NCBI GenBank assembly: GCA_963845755.1
Contig: CAWJTV010000020.1
Coordinates: 384,001 to 448,000 of the forward strand
Reading direction: 5' to 3'
DNA: 64,000 nt
Source: an uncultured Planctomycetota bacterium
GTDB lineage: Bacteria > Planctomycetota > Planctomycetia > Isosphaerales > Isosphaeraceae
Of the stretch, positions 10,195 through 21,657 are shown one piece after another. The notes beneath the pieces are model-generated. The model ran no database searches. It was given only the letters and a program-made list of their open reading frames with translations, and was not told the DNA's origin. The stretch's first letter is position 1. Each line of letters starts with the position of its first letter. Made by a program: the position numbers and the translations under genes.

Positions 10195-10826
10195 CTCGGA
10201 GGTCCCACCAACGGCCGGCCGTCGCGCTCGGGACGGACTGATCCATTTCCAGGGCCGCTCCACAACTGCTCGACGGAGATGAAGCCGGACGACGGCGCGG
10301 GCGTCGGCTCGGCAACACCGTCGACCGCGATGCCCGTGGCGTCCGGCGCGGCGGCGACGATCGCCTCCTCGATCCGGTTCCGAAGGGTTTCCGACGACGA
10401 TGGGCAGCTCTGGCAGCTTCCTTTCATGCGGAGCCGCACCACGCCGTCGGTAATGCCCACGAGCTCGACCTCGCCTCCATGCGAGTGGAGGAATGGCCGC
10501 ACCGAGTCGAGCGCCTGTTGTACGCGAGTTTCCAGGTCCAGGGGATGGAGCCCGTGGAGCATCAGCAGACTGCCGACCAGGTCGTCGCGGGCCAGCTCGT
10601 CCAGGAGCGACCGGCCGGGCTCTCCGGCCGCTCCCAGGCGCTCGCAAACGCGAGAAAGGCCCATCCCGTGCAGGTCGAGGACGGCCTGAACCAGCTCCTG
10701 GGCACCGGCCCGCGTCGCGGGATCGGCCGATTGCTCGATCGTCTGGATCAACGACTCGATCCGCTCGATTCGCTGCCGAAATGCGCCGTTGACGGTCGGT
10801 TCCACGATCACCCCCCTGATTGTCAA
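10191..10826 (-). CDS. NifU-like Fe-S biogenesis protein
   Basis: LLMLHGLHP, VRPFLHSHGGEVEL, GSCQSCPSS. Confidence 0.85.
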   Translation of the reverse strand: MTIRGVIVEPTVNGAFRQRIERIESLIQTIEQSADPATRAGAQELVQAVLDLHGMGLSRVCERLGAAGEPGRSLLDELARDDLVGSLLMLHGLHPLDLETRVQQALDSVRPFLHSHGGEVELVGITDGVVRLRMKGSCQSCPSSSETLRNRIEEAIVAAAPDATGIAVDGVAEPTPAPSSGFISVEQLWSGPGNGSVRPERDGRPLVGPPR

Positions 10827-10840
10827 TGCGAGATTCCTTC

Positions 10841-10902
10841 GTAGGGTGGGTGAAACCCACCAGTGATAGGGACCCGATACTGGTGGGTTTCACCCACCCT
10901 AC
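10841..10902. repeat. GTAG-type REP pair (REPIN-like inverted repeat)
   Basis: GTAGGGTGGGTGAAACCCACCAG ... CTGGTGGGTTTCACCCACCCTAC, a perfect inverted pair with internal palindromes. Confidence 0.8.
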
Positions 10903-10932
10903 AAAGGCCGGAGTTGTTATTCGGACCGTTTG

Positions 10933-12730
10933 CTACCGCGGCGCCCCGAACATGGGCGAGTGCCGGACGTCGAGCGTCTTGCCATCGCCGAGATACATGT
11001 GGACGCCGCAGGGCAGGCATGGGTCGAAGCTGCGGACGGCGCGCATGATGTCGATCCCCTTGAACTTATCGGGGCCGTTCTCCTCGAAGATCGGCGTGTT
11101 CTGCACGGCGTCTTCATAGGGGCCGGGCGTACCGTAGGTGTCGCGCGGATTGGCGTTCCAGGGAGTCGGCGGGTAGGGGTGATAATTGGCGATCTTCCCA
11201 CCGCGGATCACCACATGGTGCGAGAGCACCCCGCGCACCGCCTCGTGGAAGCCGCAGCCGATCGCCTCGTCGGGGACCTTGAAATCGCTCCAGGTCGCGG
11301 TCCGGCCGGCATTGAGCTCCTTGAACGCCTGCTCCACGAAGTAGAGCGCCGCCGCGGCGGCGTAGACCTGGAAGTAAGTCCGCGCCCGGTCGCGCTCGAT
11401 GGCGTTGCTCCACTTGGGGATCTTCCACTCGAACTCGACTTCCGGCAGCATGGCCGTCTTGGGCAGGTACATCTTGACGCTGTTGCCGGTCGACTTGATG
11501 TAGCCGATGTCGACCAGCCCCGCCAGCGCCGTGGACCAGAGGCGGGCGATCGGACCACCGCCGGTGTCGAGCGCGAGGTGTTCCTTGGTCCGCTTATCGT
11601 ACCATCGCGGCGACATCACCCAGGTGTACTTGCCCTTGAAGTCGCGTTTCTGGGGCTTGGGGATCGTCAACTGGTTCCACGGATGCCGCCGGTCCACCGG
11701 GTTGCCCAGCGGGTCGGTCTTCACGAACGTCTCGGAGTTCTCCCAGTCATCGTAGTACGAGCTGCCCAGGAGGATGCGGATGTTGAGGTTGATGTCGACC
11801 AGGTCGGTGGTGACGAGCTTGCCGTCGACCACCACGCCGGGGGTCACGTACATCGCCGCGGCCCCACTTGGTCATGGTCCTGTAGTCGTAATCGCATACG
11901 TCGGGATTCTGGAACGAGCCCCAGCAGCCCAGCAGGATGCGACGGCGGCCGACCTCCTCGTAGCCGGGCAGCGCCTCGTAGAAAAAGTCGAAGAGGTCGT
12001 CGTGGAGCGGGACGACCTTCTTCATGAACTCGACGTACTTCATCAGCCGGACGAGGTAATCGGTGAAAAGCTGGACGGTCGGCACGGTCCCGACGCCGCC
12101 CGGGTAGAGGGTTGAAGGATGGACGTGCCGCCCTTCCATCAGGCAGAACATCTCCCGGGTCATCCGGCTCATCTGCAAGGCTTCGCGGTAGAAGCTGCCG
12201 GTGAACGGGTTGAGGGCCCTCATGATGTCGGCGATCGTCTTGAAACCATGCAAATGGGCGTGGGGCGACTCGGTGCGCTCGGCTTTCTCCAGCACGCCGG
12301 GATTCGTCTCCTTGACCATCTGCTCGCAGAAGTCGACGCCCACCAGGTTATCCTGGAAGATGTTGTGGTCGAACATGTATTCGGCCGCCTCGCCGAGGTT
12401 GACGATCCATTCTCCGAGGGCGGGCGGTCGGACGCCGAATGCCATGTTCTGGGCGTAGTTGGCGCAGGTGGCGTGGTTGTCGCCGCAAATGCCGCAGATC
12501 CGGCTGGTGATGAAATGGGCATCGCGGGGATCCTTGCCCTTCATGAAGATGCTGTAGCCGCGGAAAATCGACGAGGTGCTGTGGCACTCGGCGACCCGGC
12601 GGCTGGCGAAGTCGATCTTGGTGTAGATGCCCAGGCTGCCGACGATCCGGGTGATCGGGTCCCAGGACATCTCGACCAGGTTCCCGGTCTGGGCGGGGGC
12701 CTCAGGCTCGGTCAGTGTTGCGGTTGCCAT
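10933..12730 (-). CDS. hhyL: Group 1h [NiFe]-hydrogenase large subunit (frameshift near 11855)
   Basis: L1 ITSRICGICGDNH and L2 SFDPCLPCGVH match group 1h signatures. C-terminal extension follows His. Confidence 0.93.
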
Positions 12731-12745
12731 GGAGAGGCTCCTTTC

Positions 12746-13819
12746 TCAGCGGGCGGCATAAGTGGTGGGGTGATATCCGGTGGTCAACTCGGGGCGTTTG
12801 TGCCGCCACTTGGGCTCCTGGTCGAGCGAGCGGTTGGTAAAGCCGCGGAGGGCTCGAATGATCCGGCCGTACATGCCGATGGCCGTCGAGGACAGCTTCG
12901 AGCCGGGAGGCGCGTCCATGAACGGCATGAACTTGTCCGGGAAACCGGGCATGGTGCAACCGATGCAGATCCCGCCGACGTTGGGGCAGCCGCCGAGGCC
13001 GGCCATCCAGCCGCGCTTGGGCACGTTGCACTGGACCACCGGGCCCCAGCAACCCATCTTGACCAGGCATTTGGGGGACCCGTACTCGTGGGCGAAGTCG
13101 CCCTGTTCGTAATAGCCCGCGCGGTCGCAGCCCTCATGCACCGTCTTGCCGAACAGCCAGGTGGGTCGATGCGCATCGTCCAGGGGGATCATCGGCGAGA
13201 GGCCCGCGGCCTGGTACAGCAGATACAGGAATGTCTCCATGAAGTTGTCAGGTTGAACCGGGCAGCCGGGCACGCAGACGATCGGAATCCCCGCCTTGGT
13301 CTTCCAATCCCAGCCGAGGTAGTCGAGCAGTCCCATGCAGCCGGTGGGGTTGCCCTCCATCGCGTGAATGCCGCCGTAGGTCGCACAGGTGCCGCACGCC
13401 ACGACGGCCAGCGCCTTGGGCGCCAGGCGGTCGATCCAATCGCAGGTCGGGATCGGCTGGCCGGTCTTCTTGTCGGTCCCGAGCGCGGCCCAGTAGCCCT
13501 CCTTCTTGATCTTCTCGTTGGGGATCGAGCCCTCCACCACCAGGACGAAGGGGTCGAGCCGCCCCTCCTCGGCCTGGTACCAGTAACTCATGAACTCGTC
13601 GCCGTTCTCGTAGGCGAGGACAGGATTGTGCAGGTGGACCTTGGGGAGCCCGGGGATCGCGCCCAGGATCACGTCCTCGATGCTGGGCTGGGTCGCGGCG
13701 GTGATGGAGACCGAGTCGCCGTCGCAACCGAGTCCCGCCGTGATCCAGACGACATGTACCTCCTTCACGGCGGGCGCCTTCTGCGTCTTGCGTCCGTAGG
13801 GGACTGTCGCTTCGGCCAT
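12746..13819 (-). CDS. hhyS: Group 1h [NiFe]-hydrogenase small subunit
   Basis: GLGCDGDS, GTCATYGG, PGCP, HEGCDRA, GCWGP, GGCPNVGGICIGCT. No Tat signal. Confidence 0.92.
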   Translation of the reverse strand: MAEATVPYGRKTQKAPAVKEVHVVWITAGLGCDGDSVSITAATQPSIEDVILGAIPGLPKVHLHNPVLAYENGDEFMSYWYQAEEGRLDPFVLVVEGSIPNEKIKKEGYWAALGTDKKTGQPIPTCDWIDRLAPKALAVVACGTCATYGGIHAMEGNPTGCMGLLDYLGWDWKTKAGIPIVCVPGCPVQPDNFMETFLYLLYQAAGLSPMIPLDDAHRPTWLFGKTVHEGCDRAGYYEQGDFAHEYGSPKCLVKMGCWGPVVQCNVPKRGWMAGLGGCPNVGGICIGCTMPGFPDKFMPFMDAPPGSKLSSTAIGMYGRIIRALRGFTNRSLDQEPKWRHKRPELTTGYHPTTYAAR

Positions 13820-13877
13820 CTCGGGTTCTCCTTTCGGCCTGGGTCCACGGATCGAAACGAATGAGGGGACGGATGGT

Positions 13878-14999
13878 TCAGCAGATCCTCGGCAACTGTT
13901 CTCCTGCCAGCATGGTGACGACACGTTCGCCGCCCACCACCGAGCGCATGGTGACCATGCCCGCGTGTTCGGCGACGACCTCTCCAATGATTGCTGCCTG
14001 ACGTCCGAGCGGATGAGCCTGCATGGCCTGCACGACGCGGGCGGCATCCGCGGGCGGTACGACCGCGATGAGCTTCCCTTCGTTGGCCACATACAGGGGA
14101 TCGAGACCGAGCATCTCGCAGGCGCCCCGGACCTCATTACGGACAGGGATCGCCTCCTCGACGAGCCGGACCCCGACTTGTGAGGCGACGGCCAGTTCGT
14201 TCAAGGTACTCGAGACACCACCGCGGGTCGGGTCGCGCATGGTGCGGATCTCGGGGCAAGCCGCGAGCATGGTGCGGACCAGCCCGGTGAGCGGCGCACA
14301 GTCGCTCTCCAGCATCGTCTCGAATTCGATCCCCTCGCGCACCGACATGATCGCAATCCCGTGGTCGCCGATCGTCCCCGAAACCACAATGCAATCACCG
14401 GGCCGCGCGGCTGCGATCGAGAGATTTCGCCCTTCCGGGACCACGCCGATGCCCGATGTCGTGATGAAGACCTGGTCCCCCTTGCCCCGATCCACGACTT
14501 TCGTGTCCCCCGTGACCAGCGATACCCCCGCCTCATCGCACGCGGCGCGCATCGAGGCGACGATCCGCATCAAGTCCGACAACGCCAATCCTTCCTCGAG
14601 GATGAATGCCGCCGAGAGGAAAAGCGGCTCGGCCCCGCCCACCGCCAGGTCGTTCACCGTGCCGTGAACCGCCAGCCGACCGATGTCGCCACCCGGGAAG
14701 AAGAGCGGCTTGACCACGAACGAATCCGTCGTGAACGCGAGTCGCGGCGCCTTCACACCGTTGTCGCCACCGAGCCGGAGGGTCGCCTGGTCCTCCAGCC
14801 GGGCGAGCACGTCGTTGCCGAACGCGGGGACGAAAAGACGTCCGATCAACTCGGCGGTCAACCAGCCGCCGCTGCCGTGCCCGAGCACGATCTGGTCGTA
14901 CTGAGAGCGCGGGATCGGACAGGAACCGAAGAGCTCGGGAGCGAGGCTCGAGCCGGGATCGGTCGTGTCAGATGACGTCTTCTTCCCCGCGGATGACAT
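13878..14999 (-). CDS. hypE: Carbamoyl dehydratase HypE
   Basis: GHGSGG, FTTDSFVV, GTVNDLA, RDPTRGG, C-terminal LPRIC. Confidence 0.96.
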   Translation of the reverse strand: MSSAGKKTSSDTTDPGSSLAPELFGSCPIPRSQYDQIVLGHGSGGWLTAELIGRLFVPAFGNDVLARLEDQATLRLGGDNGVKAPRLAFTTDSFVVKPLFFPGGDIGRLAVHGTVNDLAVGGAEPLFLSAAFILEEGLALSDLMRIVASMRAACDEAGVSLVTGDTKVVDRGKGDQVFITTSGIGVVPEGRNLSIAAARPGDCIVVSGTIGDHGIAIMSVREGIEFETMLESDCAPLTGLVRTMLAACPEIRTMRDPTRGGVSSTLNELAVASQVGVRLVEEAIPVRNEVRGACEMLGLDPLYVANEGKLIAVVPPADAARVVQAMQAHPLGRQAAIIGEVVAEHAGMVTMRSVVGGERVVTMLAGEQLPRIC

Positions 15000-15600
15000 G
15001 GATCAAGTCCCACAAAATGTGCAGCAGAGTCTCATGCGTTTCCTGAATACGATGGATGCTGAAGCTGGGGACTGTAAAGCAGTAGTCACAGATCTCGGGC
15101 ATTCGCCCACCGTCACGGCCGGAGAAGCCCACGGTCCGCATTCCCAGTTCGCGTGCCGCCTGGAGTGCGCGGTTGACGTTGGCCGACTTCCCGCTGGTCG
15201 AGATGCCCAGGGCCAGGTCGCCGGCGCGGCCCAGCATCCGGAGCTGCTCGATGAAGGTCATGGAGAAATCCTGGTCGTTGCCGACCGCCGTGAGGAACGC
15301 CGTGTCGGTCGTCAGCGCCATGGCCGGCAGCGCCGGACGTTTTTCGATGATCGGGTGCATGAACTCGACCGAGACATGCGCCGCATCGCACGAGCTGCCG
15401 CCGTTGCCCATGACGAAGAGCCGGCCCCCTTCGTCGAAGGCCCGCGCCATGGCGGTGGCGCACTCGGTGATCCGATCGGCATTCTCGTTGAAGAACTGCT
15501 CCTTCGTCGCCATGCTCTCGCGGCACTTGCGCAGGATCGCCGCGTGCAACACGTCGGAAGCGGACGCTCGGGGCGCGTTCGGGTCGGCGATGACGGCCAT
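14968..15600 (-). CDS. SIS-domain GmhA-like phosphoheptose isomerase
   Basis: GNGGSSCDAAH, AVGND, ISTSGKS.NV, IQETH. Confidence 0.85.
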   Translation of the reverse strand: MAVIADPNAPRASASDVLHAAILRKCRESMATKEQFFNENADRITECATAMARAFDEGGRLFVMGNGGSSCDAAHVSVEFMHPIIEKRPALPAMALTTDTAFLTAVGNDQDFSMTFIEQLRMLGRAGDLALGISTSGKSANVNRALQAARELGMRTVGFSGRDGGRMPEICDYCFTVPSFSIHRIQETHETLLHILWDLIHVIRGEEDVI

Positions 15601-16781
15601 CAGAGGGTTCCTCCGATCTGGACCAGTTGGGGGTCGGCAAGGGGACTCACCTCGGCGGATCCTGACCCATCGGCCCGCCTCGTCCTGGCCGCCTCGAGAT
15701 GGCGGCCGTACGCGTAGTACGCCGCGCAGGCGCCCTCGGACGAGACCATCGTGGCGCCCAAAGGCATCTGCGGAGTACACTCCTTGCCGAATGCGGGGCA
15801 GTCGTGCGGCTTCTTGAGCCCCTTGAGGATCTGTCCGCTGATGCAGAGCGGCGACTCCTGCGTCTCGACGTCGTCCACCTCGAAGAGCCGCTCGGCATCG
15901 TGGGCCCGATACTCGTAGCGCAGCTTGAAACCGCTCTTGGGGATCAGGCCGACCCCGCGCCACTTGCGGTCGCAGACCTCGAACACGTCGTCGATCAGTC
16001 GCCTCGAATCGAGGTTCCCCTCGCGACGGACGACCCGGGCATAGGGGTTCTCGACCTCGGCGCGGCCGGCTTCGAGCTGCTGGATGGTAAGATAGACCCC
16101 TTCGAGCAGGTCGACCGGCTCGAAGCCGGTGACCACGATCGGAACCCGGTATCGGCGGGCGATCGGCTCATATTCCGTGTGACCCATCACGGTGCAGACA
16201 TGCCCCGGTCCCAGGAAGCCCTGGACCCGATTCCCCGGCGCCTGGAGGATGGCCGTGATCATCGGCGGCACGAGCACGTGGGAGACCAGCACGCTGAAGT
16301 TCGTCAGGCGTCTCTTGTGGGCCATCGCGACAGCCATGGCGTTGGGGGGCGCCGTCGTCTCGAAGCCGATCGCGAAGAACACCACGTTGCGGTCCGGGTT
16401 CGCGGCCGCGAGGTTCACGGCGTCCAGCGGTGAATAGACGATCCGGATGTCGCTGCCTCGCGACTTGAGCTGCAAGAGGTCGCCGCGCGAACCGGGCACG
16501 CGGAGCATGTCGCCAAACGAGCAGAAGATGACCTTGGGCCGGGAGGCGATCGCATGCGCGCGGTCGATCATCTCCAACGAGGTGACGCAGACCGGACAGC
16601 CGGGGCCGTGCACCAGCTCGACTTCCGCGGGCAGGATCCGGTCGATCCCGTATTTGACGATGCTGTGCGTTTGACCGCCGCAGACCTCCATGATGGTCCA
16701 GGGCCGGGTCACAATCCGCGCGATCGCACTCGACAACTTACGAACGGCCGACCTGTCGCGGTATTCGTCGAGATGTTTCAT
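15600..16781 (-). CDS. hypD: Hydrogenase formation protein HypD
   Basis: [39 protein letters not shown]. Confidence 0.96.
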   Translation of the reverse strand: MKHLDEYRDRSAVRKLSSAIARIVTRPWTIMEVCGGQTHSIVKYGIDRILPAEVELVHGPGCPVCVTSLEMIDRAHAIASRPKVIFCSFGDMLRVPGSRGDLLQLKSRGSDIRIVYSPLDAVNLAAANPDRNVVFFAIGFETTAPPNAMAVAMAHKRRLTNFSVLVSHVLVPPMITAILQAPGNRVQGFLGPGHVCTVMGHTEYEPIARRYRVPIVVTGFEPVDLLEGVYLTIQQLEAGRAEVENPYARVVRREGNLDSRRLIDDVFEVCDRKWRGVGLIPKSGFKLRYEYRAHDAERLFEVDDVETQESPLCISGQILKGLKKPHDCPAFGKECTPQMPLGATMVSSEGACAAYYAYGRHLEAARTRRADGSGSAEVSPLADPQLVQIGGTL

Positions 16782-17026
16782 GGCGGCGCCTTCAATTCGT
16801 CCAGTTGATCCATGCTTTCGAGGAACGCGAAGACGCGACGGGCCTCGGCCTCGTCGATGCGCGAAAGCGCGAAGCCCACGTGGACCAGCACGTAATCGTC
16901 GGGGACGGCCTCGGGCACGTGCTCCAGGCACACGCGCCGGGAGACCCCGCCGAACTCGACTTTCCCCATCAGGATGTCGTGTTCGCGATAGGTCTCAACG
17001 ACCTTCCCCGGGATGGCAAGACACAT
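16778..17026 (-). CDS. hypC: Hydrogenase chaperone HypC
   Basis: MCLAIPG start, YVLVHVGFA. Confidence 0.96.
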   Translation of the reverse strand: MCLAIPGKVVETYREHDILMGKVEFGGVSRRVCLEHVPEAVPDDYVLVHVGFALSRIDEAEARRVFAFLESMDQLDELKAPP

Positions 17027-19316
17027 CAACACCTCCCTCGGTCATTCGTACCTGGGCCACGGCGATGGCGAGCTGGCCCAGGCACAGTCCGCCGTCGTTC
17101 GGGGGCACGAGATGATGTCGGAAGACTCGGAACCCGTCGCCCGTCAGCCTGACCTCGACTTCGGCCGTCAGAAGGGCATTGAGGAACACACCGCCGCTGA
17201 GCACCACGGCATCGAGCCCGGTCTTCAACCGCAAACGCCCGCAAACCCGCGCCACGACTTCCACGATCGTCGAATGGAACCGTCGGGCGATCTTCGCCGG
17301 CACCACTCCGCGACGGGCCTCATCGGCGATCACGAGGACCATCGGCCGCATGTCGATCACGAGCGGATCCACGTTGCCGGTCTCCAGGATCTCGAACGGA
17401 TAGGCTCCCTCGGGCATGACCTCGGATGCGAGCCACTCCAGCTCCATGGCCGCCTGTCCCTCGAAGCTCACTCGTTGCCGGACACCGGCCAGTGCAGCCA
17501 CCGCATCGAAGAGCCGTCCCATGCTGGTGGTTCGCGGCGCATTGAACCGGCCCTCGATCATCCGCTCAATCAGGCGCCGCGATGGGAGTGGGATGATCTC
17601 TGATAAATTCGCAAGTGTCTTGCCTGCGTCGATCAGATGGGCCGCCGCCATCCGCCAGGGCTCCCGGATCGCCTGTTCGCCGCCGGGCATCCCAACCGGA
17701 CGAAGATGAGCCGATCTGCGATAGTCGCGATAATCCCCCGTCAGAAACTCACCGCCCCAGATGACTCCATCGGTCCCGAACCCGCTGCCGTCAAAGGTGA
17801 CGCCGATCACCGGCTCATCCAGGCCATGCTCGGCCATGCAACTGGCCATGTGCGCGTGATGGTGCTGAACGGCGATCTTCGAGGTCGCGCCCGAATGGTT
17901 CCGTGCATAATTCGTCGATTGATAATCGGCGTGCAAATCGTGGACCAACACCTCTGGCCGCAGGTCGAAAAGCTGTTCGTAATGGTCGATCGCTTCGCGG
18001 TAGGCGCGGTAGGCTTCGTAATGGTCGAGATCGCCGATATGGTGACTGAGGAACGCGTGATGTCCGCGTCCCATCGCGAACGTCGTCTTGAGTTGGCCGC
18101 CGAGGGCGAGGGTCGGCCGTCGGCACTCGACCGGCAGGGAGATCGATCGCGGTGCGTCGCCTCGCGAGCGGCGAATCGGCAACTCGGCCCCGGCGACGAC
18201 CCGCGTCACCGAGTCGTCGCAACGGAGATGAATCGGCCGATCGTGGGTGAGGAAGAAGTCGGCGATCCCTGCCAGACGCTCGCACGCATCCCGATCGTCG
18301 TAAGAGATGGGCTCGTCGGACTGATTCCCGCTCGTCATCACCAAGGGCGTACCGCCTAGCTCGCGCAGGAGCAGATGGTGCAAGGGCGTATAGGGGAGCA
18401 TCACGCCGAGCCAGGGATTGCGCGGTGCGATTCCCTCGGCCAGGCAAACGCTCGCCCGACGGCGCAGCAGGACGATGGGTCGGCGAGGCGCGAGGAGCAG
18501 GGTTTCCTCTTCGGGAGAGACCTCACAAAGCTCGCTGCACTGCGGCGATGTCCACGACCATGATCGCGAACGGCTTCTCGTCGCGATGCTTCCGCCGGCG
18601 GAGCTCGGCCGACAGCCTGCTCGTTCCCCGCGACACAGGCCAGGTGATAGCCGCCCAGTCCCTTGATCGCCCCGATCATCCCCTTCTGGAGGGCCGCGGT
18701 CGCATGCGCGACGGGATCGGCCGTCTCGATCGGTCGTCCCCGATGGTCGAGGTAGGTGAGCTGTGGCCCGCAAGCCGGACAGGCGGTGGGCTGGGCGTGG
18801 AATCGTCGGTTGGTCGGATCCTCGTACTCGGCCCGACAGGCGGGACACATGGCGAAGGCGGCCATGCTCGTCCGCTCGCGGTCGTACGGTGTCCCCGTGA
18901 CGATGGTGAGCCGAGGCCCGCAGTTGGTGCAGTTGAGGAACGGATACCGATATCGGCGGTCGTCGGGATCGAAAAGGTCCGCCAGGCAATCCGCGCAGGT
19001 CGCGATATCGGGCGAGATGAAAATCGGACCGGTCTCGTCGAGCACGCTGGACTCGATCCGGAACGAGAGGTCTCCCACGCGGCGGCTGGGACGACCAGTG
19101 CAGTTCGTCGATCCGGGCCAGGGGCGGCGGCTGGGTCGTCAGCTCGGCGAGGAATCGATCCAGGGAGCTCGGCTCCCCCTCCACCTCGATGAGGACGCCG
19201 CCGGTGCAGTTTCGGATACAGCCACGAAGGCCCAGCCGGGACGCGAGCCGGTAGATGTGGGGTCGAAATCCGACACCCTGGACGATCCCGCTGATGGTGA
19301 TCGCGCGACGGATCAT
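16995..19316 (-). CDS. hypF: Carbamoyltransferase HypF (frameshifts near 19080 and 18540-18610)
   Basis: VQGVGFRP acylphosphatase domain, zinc fingers (CADC, CTNCGPR, CPAC), [24 protein letters not shown]. Confidence 0.93.
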   Translation of the reverse strand: MIRRAITISGIVQGVGFRPHIYRLASRLGLRGCIRNCTGGVLIEVEGEPSSLDRFLAELTTQPPPLARIDELHWSSQPPRGRPLVPDRVQRARRDRSDFHLARYRDLRGLPGGPFRSRRPPISVSVPQLHQLRASAHHRHGDTVRPRADEHGRLRHVSRLSGRVRGSDQPTIPRPAHRLSGLRATAHLPRPSGTTDRDGRSRRACDRGPPEGDDRGDQGTGRLSPGLCRGERAGCRPSSAGGSIATRSRSRSWSWTSPQCSELCEVSPEEETLLLAPRRPIVLLRRRASVCLAEGIAPRNPWLGVMLPYTPLHHLLLRELGGTPLVMTSGNQSDEPISYDDRDACERLAGIADFFLTHDRPIHLRCDDSVTRVVAGAELPIRRSRGDAPRSISLPVECRRPTLALGGQLKTTFAMGRGHHAFLSHHIGDLDHYEAYRAYREAIDHYEQLFDLRPEVLVHDLHADYQSTNYARNHSGATSKIAVQHHHAHMASCMAEHGLDEPVIGVTFDGSGFGTDGVIWGGEFLTGDYRDYRRSAHLRPVGMPGGEQAIREPWRMAAAHLIDAGKTLANLSEIIPLPSRRLIERMIEGRFNAPRTTSMGRLFDAVAALAGVRQRVSFEGQAAMELEWLASEVMPEGAYPFEILETGNVDPLVIDMRPMVLVIADEARRGVVPAKIARRFHSTIVEVVARVCGRLRLKTGLDAVVLSGGVFLNALLTAEVEVRLTGDGFRVFRHHLVPPNDGGLCLGQLAIAVAQVRMTEGGVDVSCHPGEGR

Positions 19317-21657
19317 GCAGCGCGCTCCGGCCGATCGCTTCCTTGCGATGGAGCCACGGTCCGCGAATCGTGGTTGTGCTGGGGTTCTTCTTGTACTTTG
19401 GGGGGTGCCGGTGACCCTGTCAACCCACCGTCCTTCGACCAATGGTGAGACGACGGTATAGCGATGGAGCCGTCATGTCCGATTCCTCGTCGGGCCGATC
19501 GACCTCATGGCACAGCTCATGGTACAAGCAAAAGGGCGGAGGGGACTCGATTCGGATCGTGCAGCCGCAGGAAAGTGTAACCGATCCCGGCGGTTCCCAA
19601 CATCAAGGAGGGGTTTGGGCCGCCGGAGTAAAGGCCCGAGGGCCAGTCGCCCGAGTCTGAGTGGCGGGCGATCAAGGCGCGCGCCGCGGCGAGGGCGCCG
19701 TCGCGACACGATGAATCATCGAGCGTCTCGCCGGCGATGAATAGGATCTCGATCAATCCTCCCAGGCCGTGGCATGGGGTTGCGTCGCACCGCGGCGACG
19801 CGAGTTTCTGCTCGATCGCAACACGGGTCGTAGCGATCCCGACTCGGGCCATCGCGAGGTAGTCGTTCCTACACTCCGGGTCGAGCGTGGCGGCACGCAG
19901 CCGCGCCAGAGCAATCCCGGGTGCCCCATGGCACCAGGCCGTTTCGAAACGCAAGCGGCCCGAGCGACGTTTCCGATCGGCCCAGTTGCCATGTTCCGGT
20001 TCGAACAGCGTATCCTCGAATTCAAATGCTCGACGAGCGGCATCCCGGAAATCGACACGTCCGGTCGCCGCGTGGAGCTCGAGCAAGGCCAGGCCGATTC
20101 CGGCCGCGCCGTGGGAGATACCACTGTAGAGCAACTCGGCGGGCGCCGGATCGGTCGCGGAGTCTCCCTCCTGGGGCTGCAAGACCACTCGCCAGAGATC
20201 GGATCGGATTAGATCCTCACCGAGCGTCGTCGCGAGATCGCAGCAGCGCTCCAGGCCGGGCGACTTGCTCAATACGAGGATGCCGGGATCGCCCCGGCAT
20301 TCCCGGCGATCACGTTGACCATGTGGGGCAAAGAAACCGCCTCGACTACCCGATCCAGTATCGATTCGGCCTGGGCGAATCGTTCCTCGGACCGCGTCAG
20401 GTTCCCCATTCTCCAGGCCACATATGCCACTCCCAGATCCCCGCTGAAGAACGACAGTGGAGAGAGGGGCTGCTTCACGGGCCAACGCTCGAACTGACGA
20501 ATCGAGCGGGCCACGGCTCCGTCGGAAATGCGCCGAAACTCGTCGTCGCCGACCGCCGCATCGAGTTGCGCCAGGAATAGCGCCATGCCTGCGGAGCCCC
20601 CGTAGAGATCCGGTCCGAGGGCTGCCGATGCCGGCGTGATCATGCCATCGGTCTGGGCGACCTCGTCGGTTGATCGGCCGATCCAGTTGCAGAACCGGCC
20701 CTCCCGGTCCCAATATGCCGATCGACAAAGGCTCCGACCGATCTGGATGGCTGCTCCAAGAAGCGACGCTGACGCGGGGTGAGCCGGCCCGAACTTGAAG
20801 GTCTCAGGCGTTCTCTCGCGATCTGCGGTCTTCTCGTCGCTCGCCCAGGCAGACGACAACGCCCCAGGGTCGTAATCTTCCCTCGAACCCGGCCCCAGAT
20901 GAGGTCGGAGTGGATCGAGACTCTGGCGGATGAATGCCGCCGCCAAGGCGTCGGCACGACGACAGCGATCGACTTGCCCGCTCAGGAACGATTGCCATAG
21001 GGACTCCGCAACGAGCTGGCATCGATGTTCGCCGAAACTCAACGAACCGCTCGGGTCTTCCGCGAACCCCAATCCGTCGGCCAGCCGCTTGGTGAAGAGA
21101 GGTACCTCCGGGCGAAGTCCGGATGCCACGCTCGAGTAGATGCGGCCGATGACCGCCTCGACCCGGGCCCGGTATCGGCGGCGCAAATAGATCACGCCTG
21201 CATCGGCGCGGTGGTAAGCGTGCGGGTGTCTGAGCACCTTGACCTGGAATGGGAGCCGCGATTCGTTCAAGAGTGAGGTGGCCGTGGCGATGAACGAGAC
21301 CGCCGCGCTGGCTTTCAAGTGCCAATAATAGCGCACGAGGGAGTCCACCCCATCGCGGCTGCTATCGGAGTCATTCTCTTCATCCCCGATGGCGAGATAG
21401 TAGCCCGGGACCAGATTGCGCAGCTCCTTCGCGACTCGAACCGAACAGATTTCGCCAGGCCGGATCGAGCCGTTCTGAACGCGCACATCCGTCGCCTTTG
21501 CCCAGAACTCGACGCCCTCTCTTGCGACCACAATCCGTCCGTCCTCCGCGAGCCGGAGGACAGACCAACCCGACTCCCAGTGCCCTCGGCCGGCGTTGGC
21601 CGCCGAAAGGGCGGCGAGCAGGTCACGCTCGGCGAGCTCATCGCGCTGGGTTAGGGG

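Noticed and set aside
8515..13864. Long plus-strand ORFs (500, 365 and 581 aa) opposite the hydrogenase genes
   Set aside because: Shadow ORFs typical of high-GC DNA, with no recognisable motifs.
19316..19517. Functional link between the RiPP cluster and the hydrogenase operon
   Set aside because: Only adjacency and co-orientation across a 200-nt gap; no other evidence.
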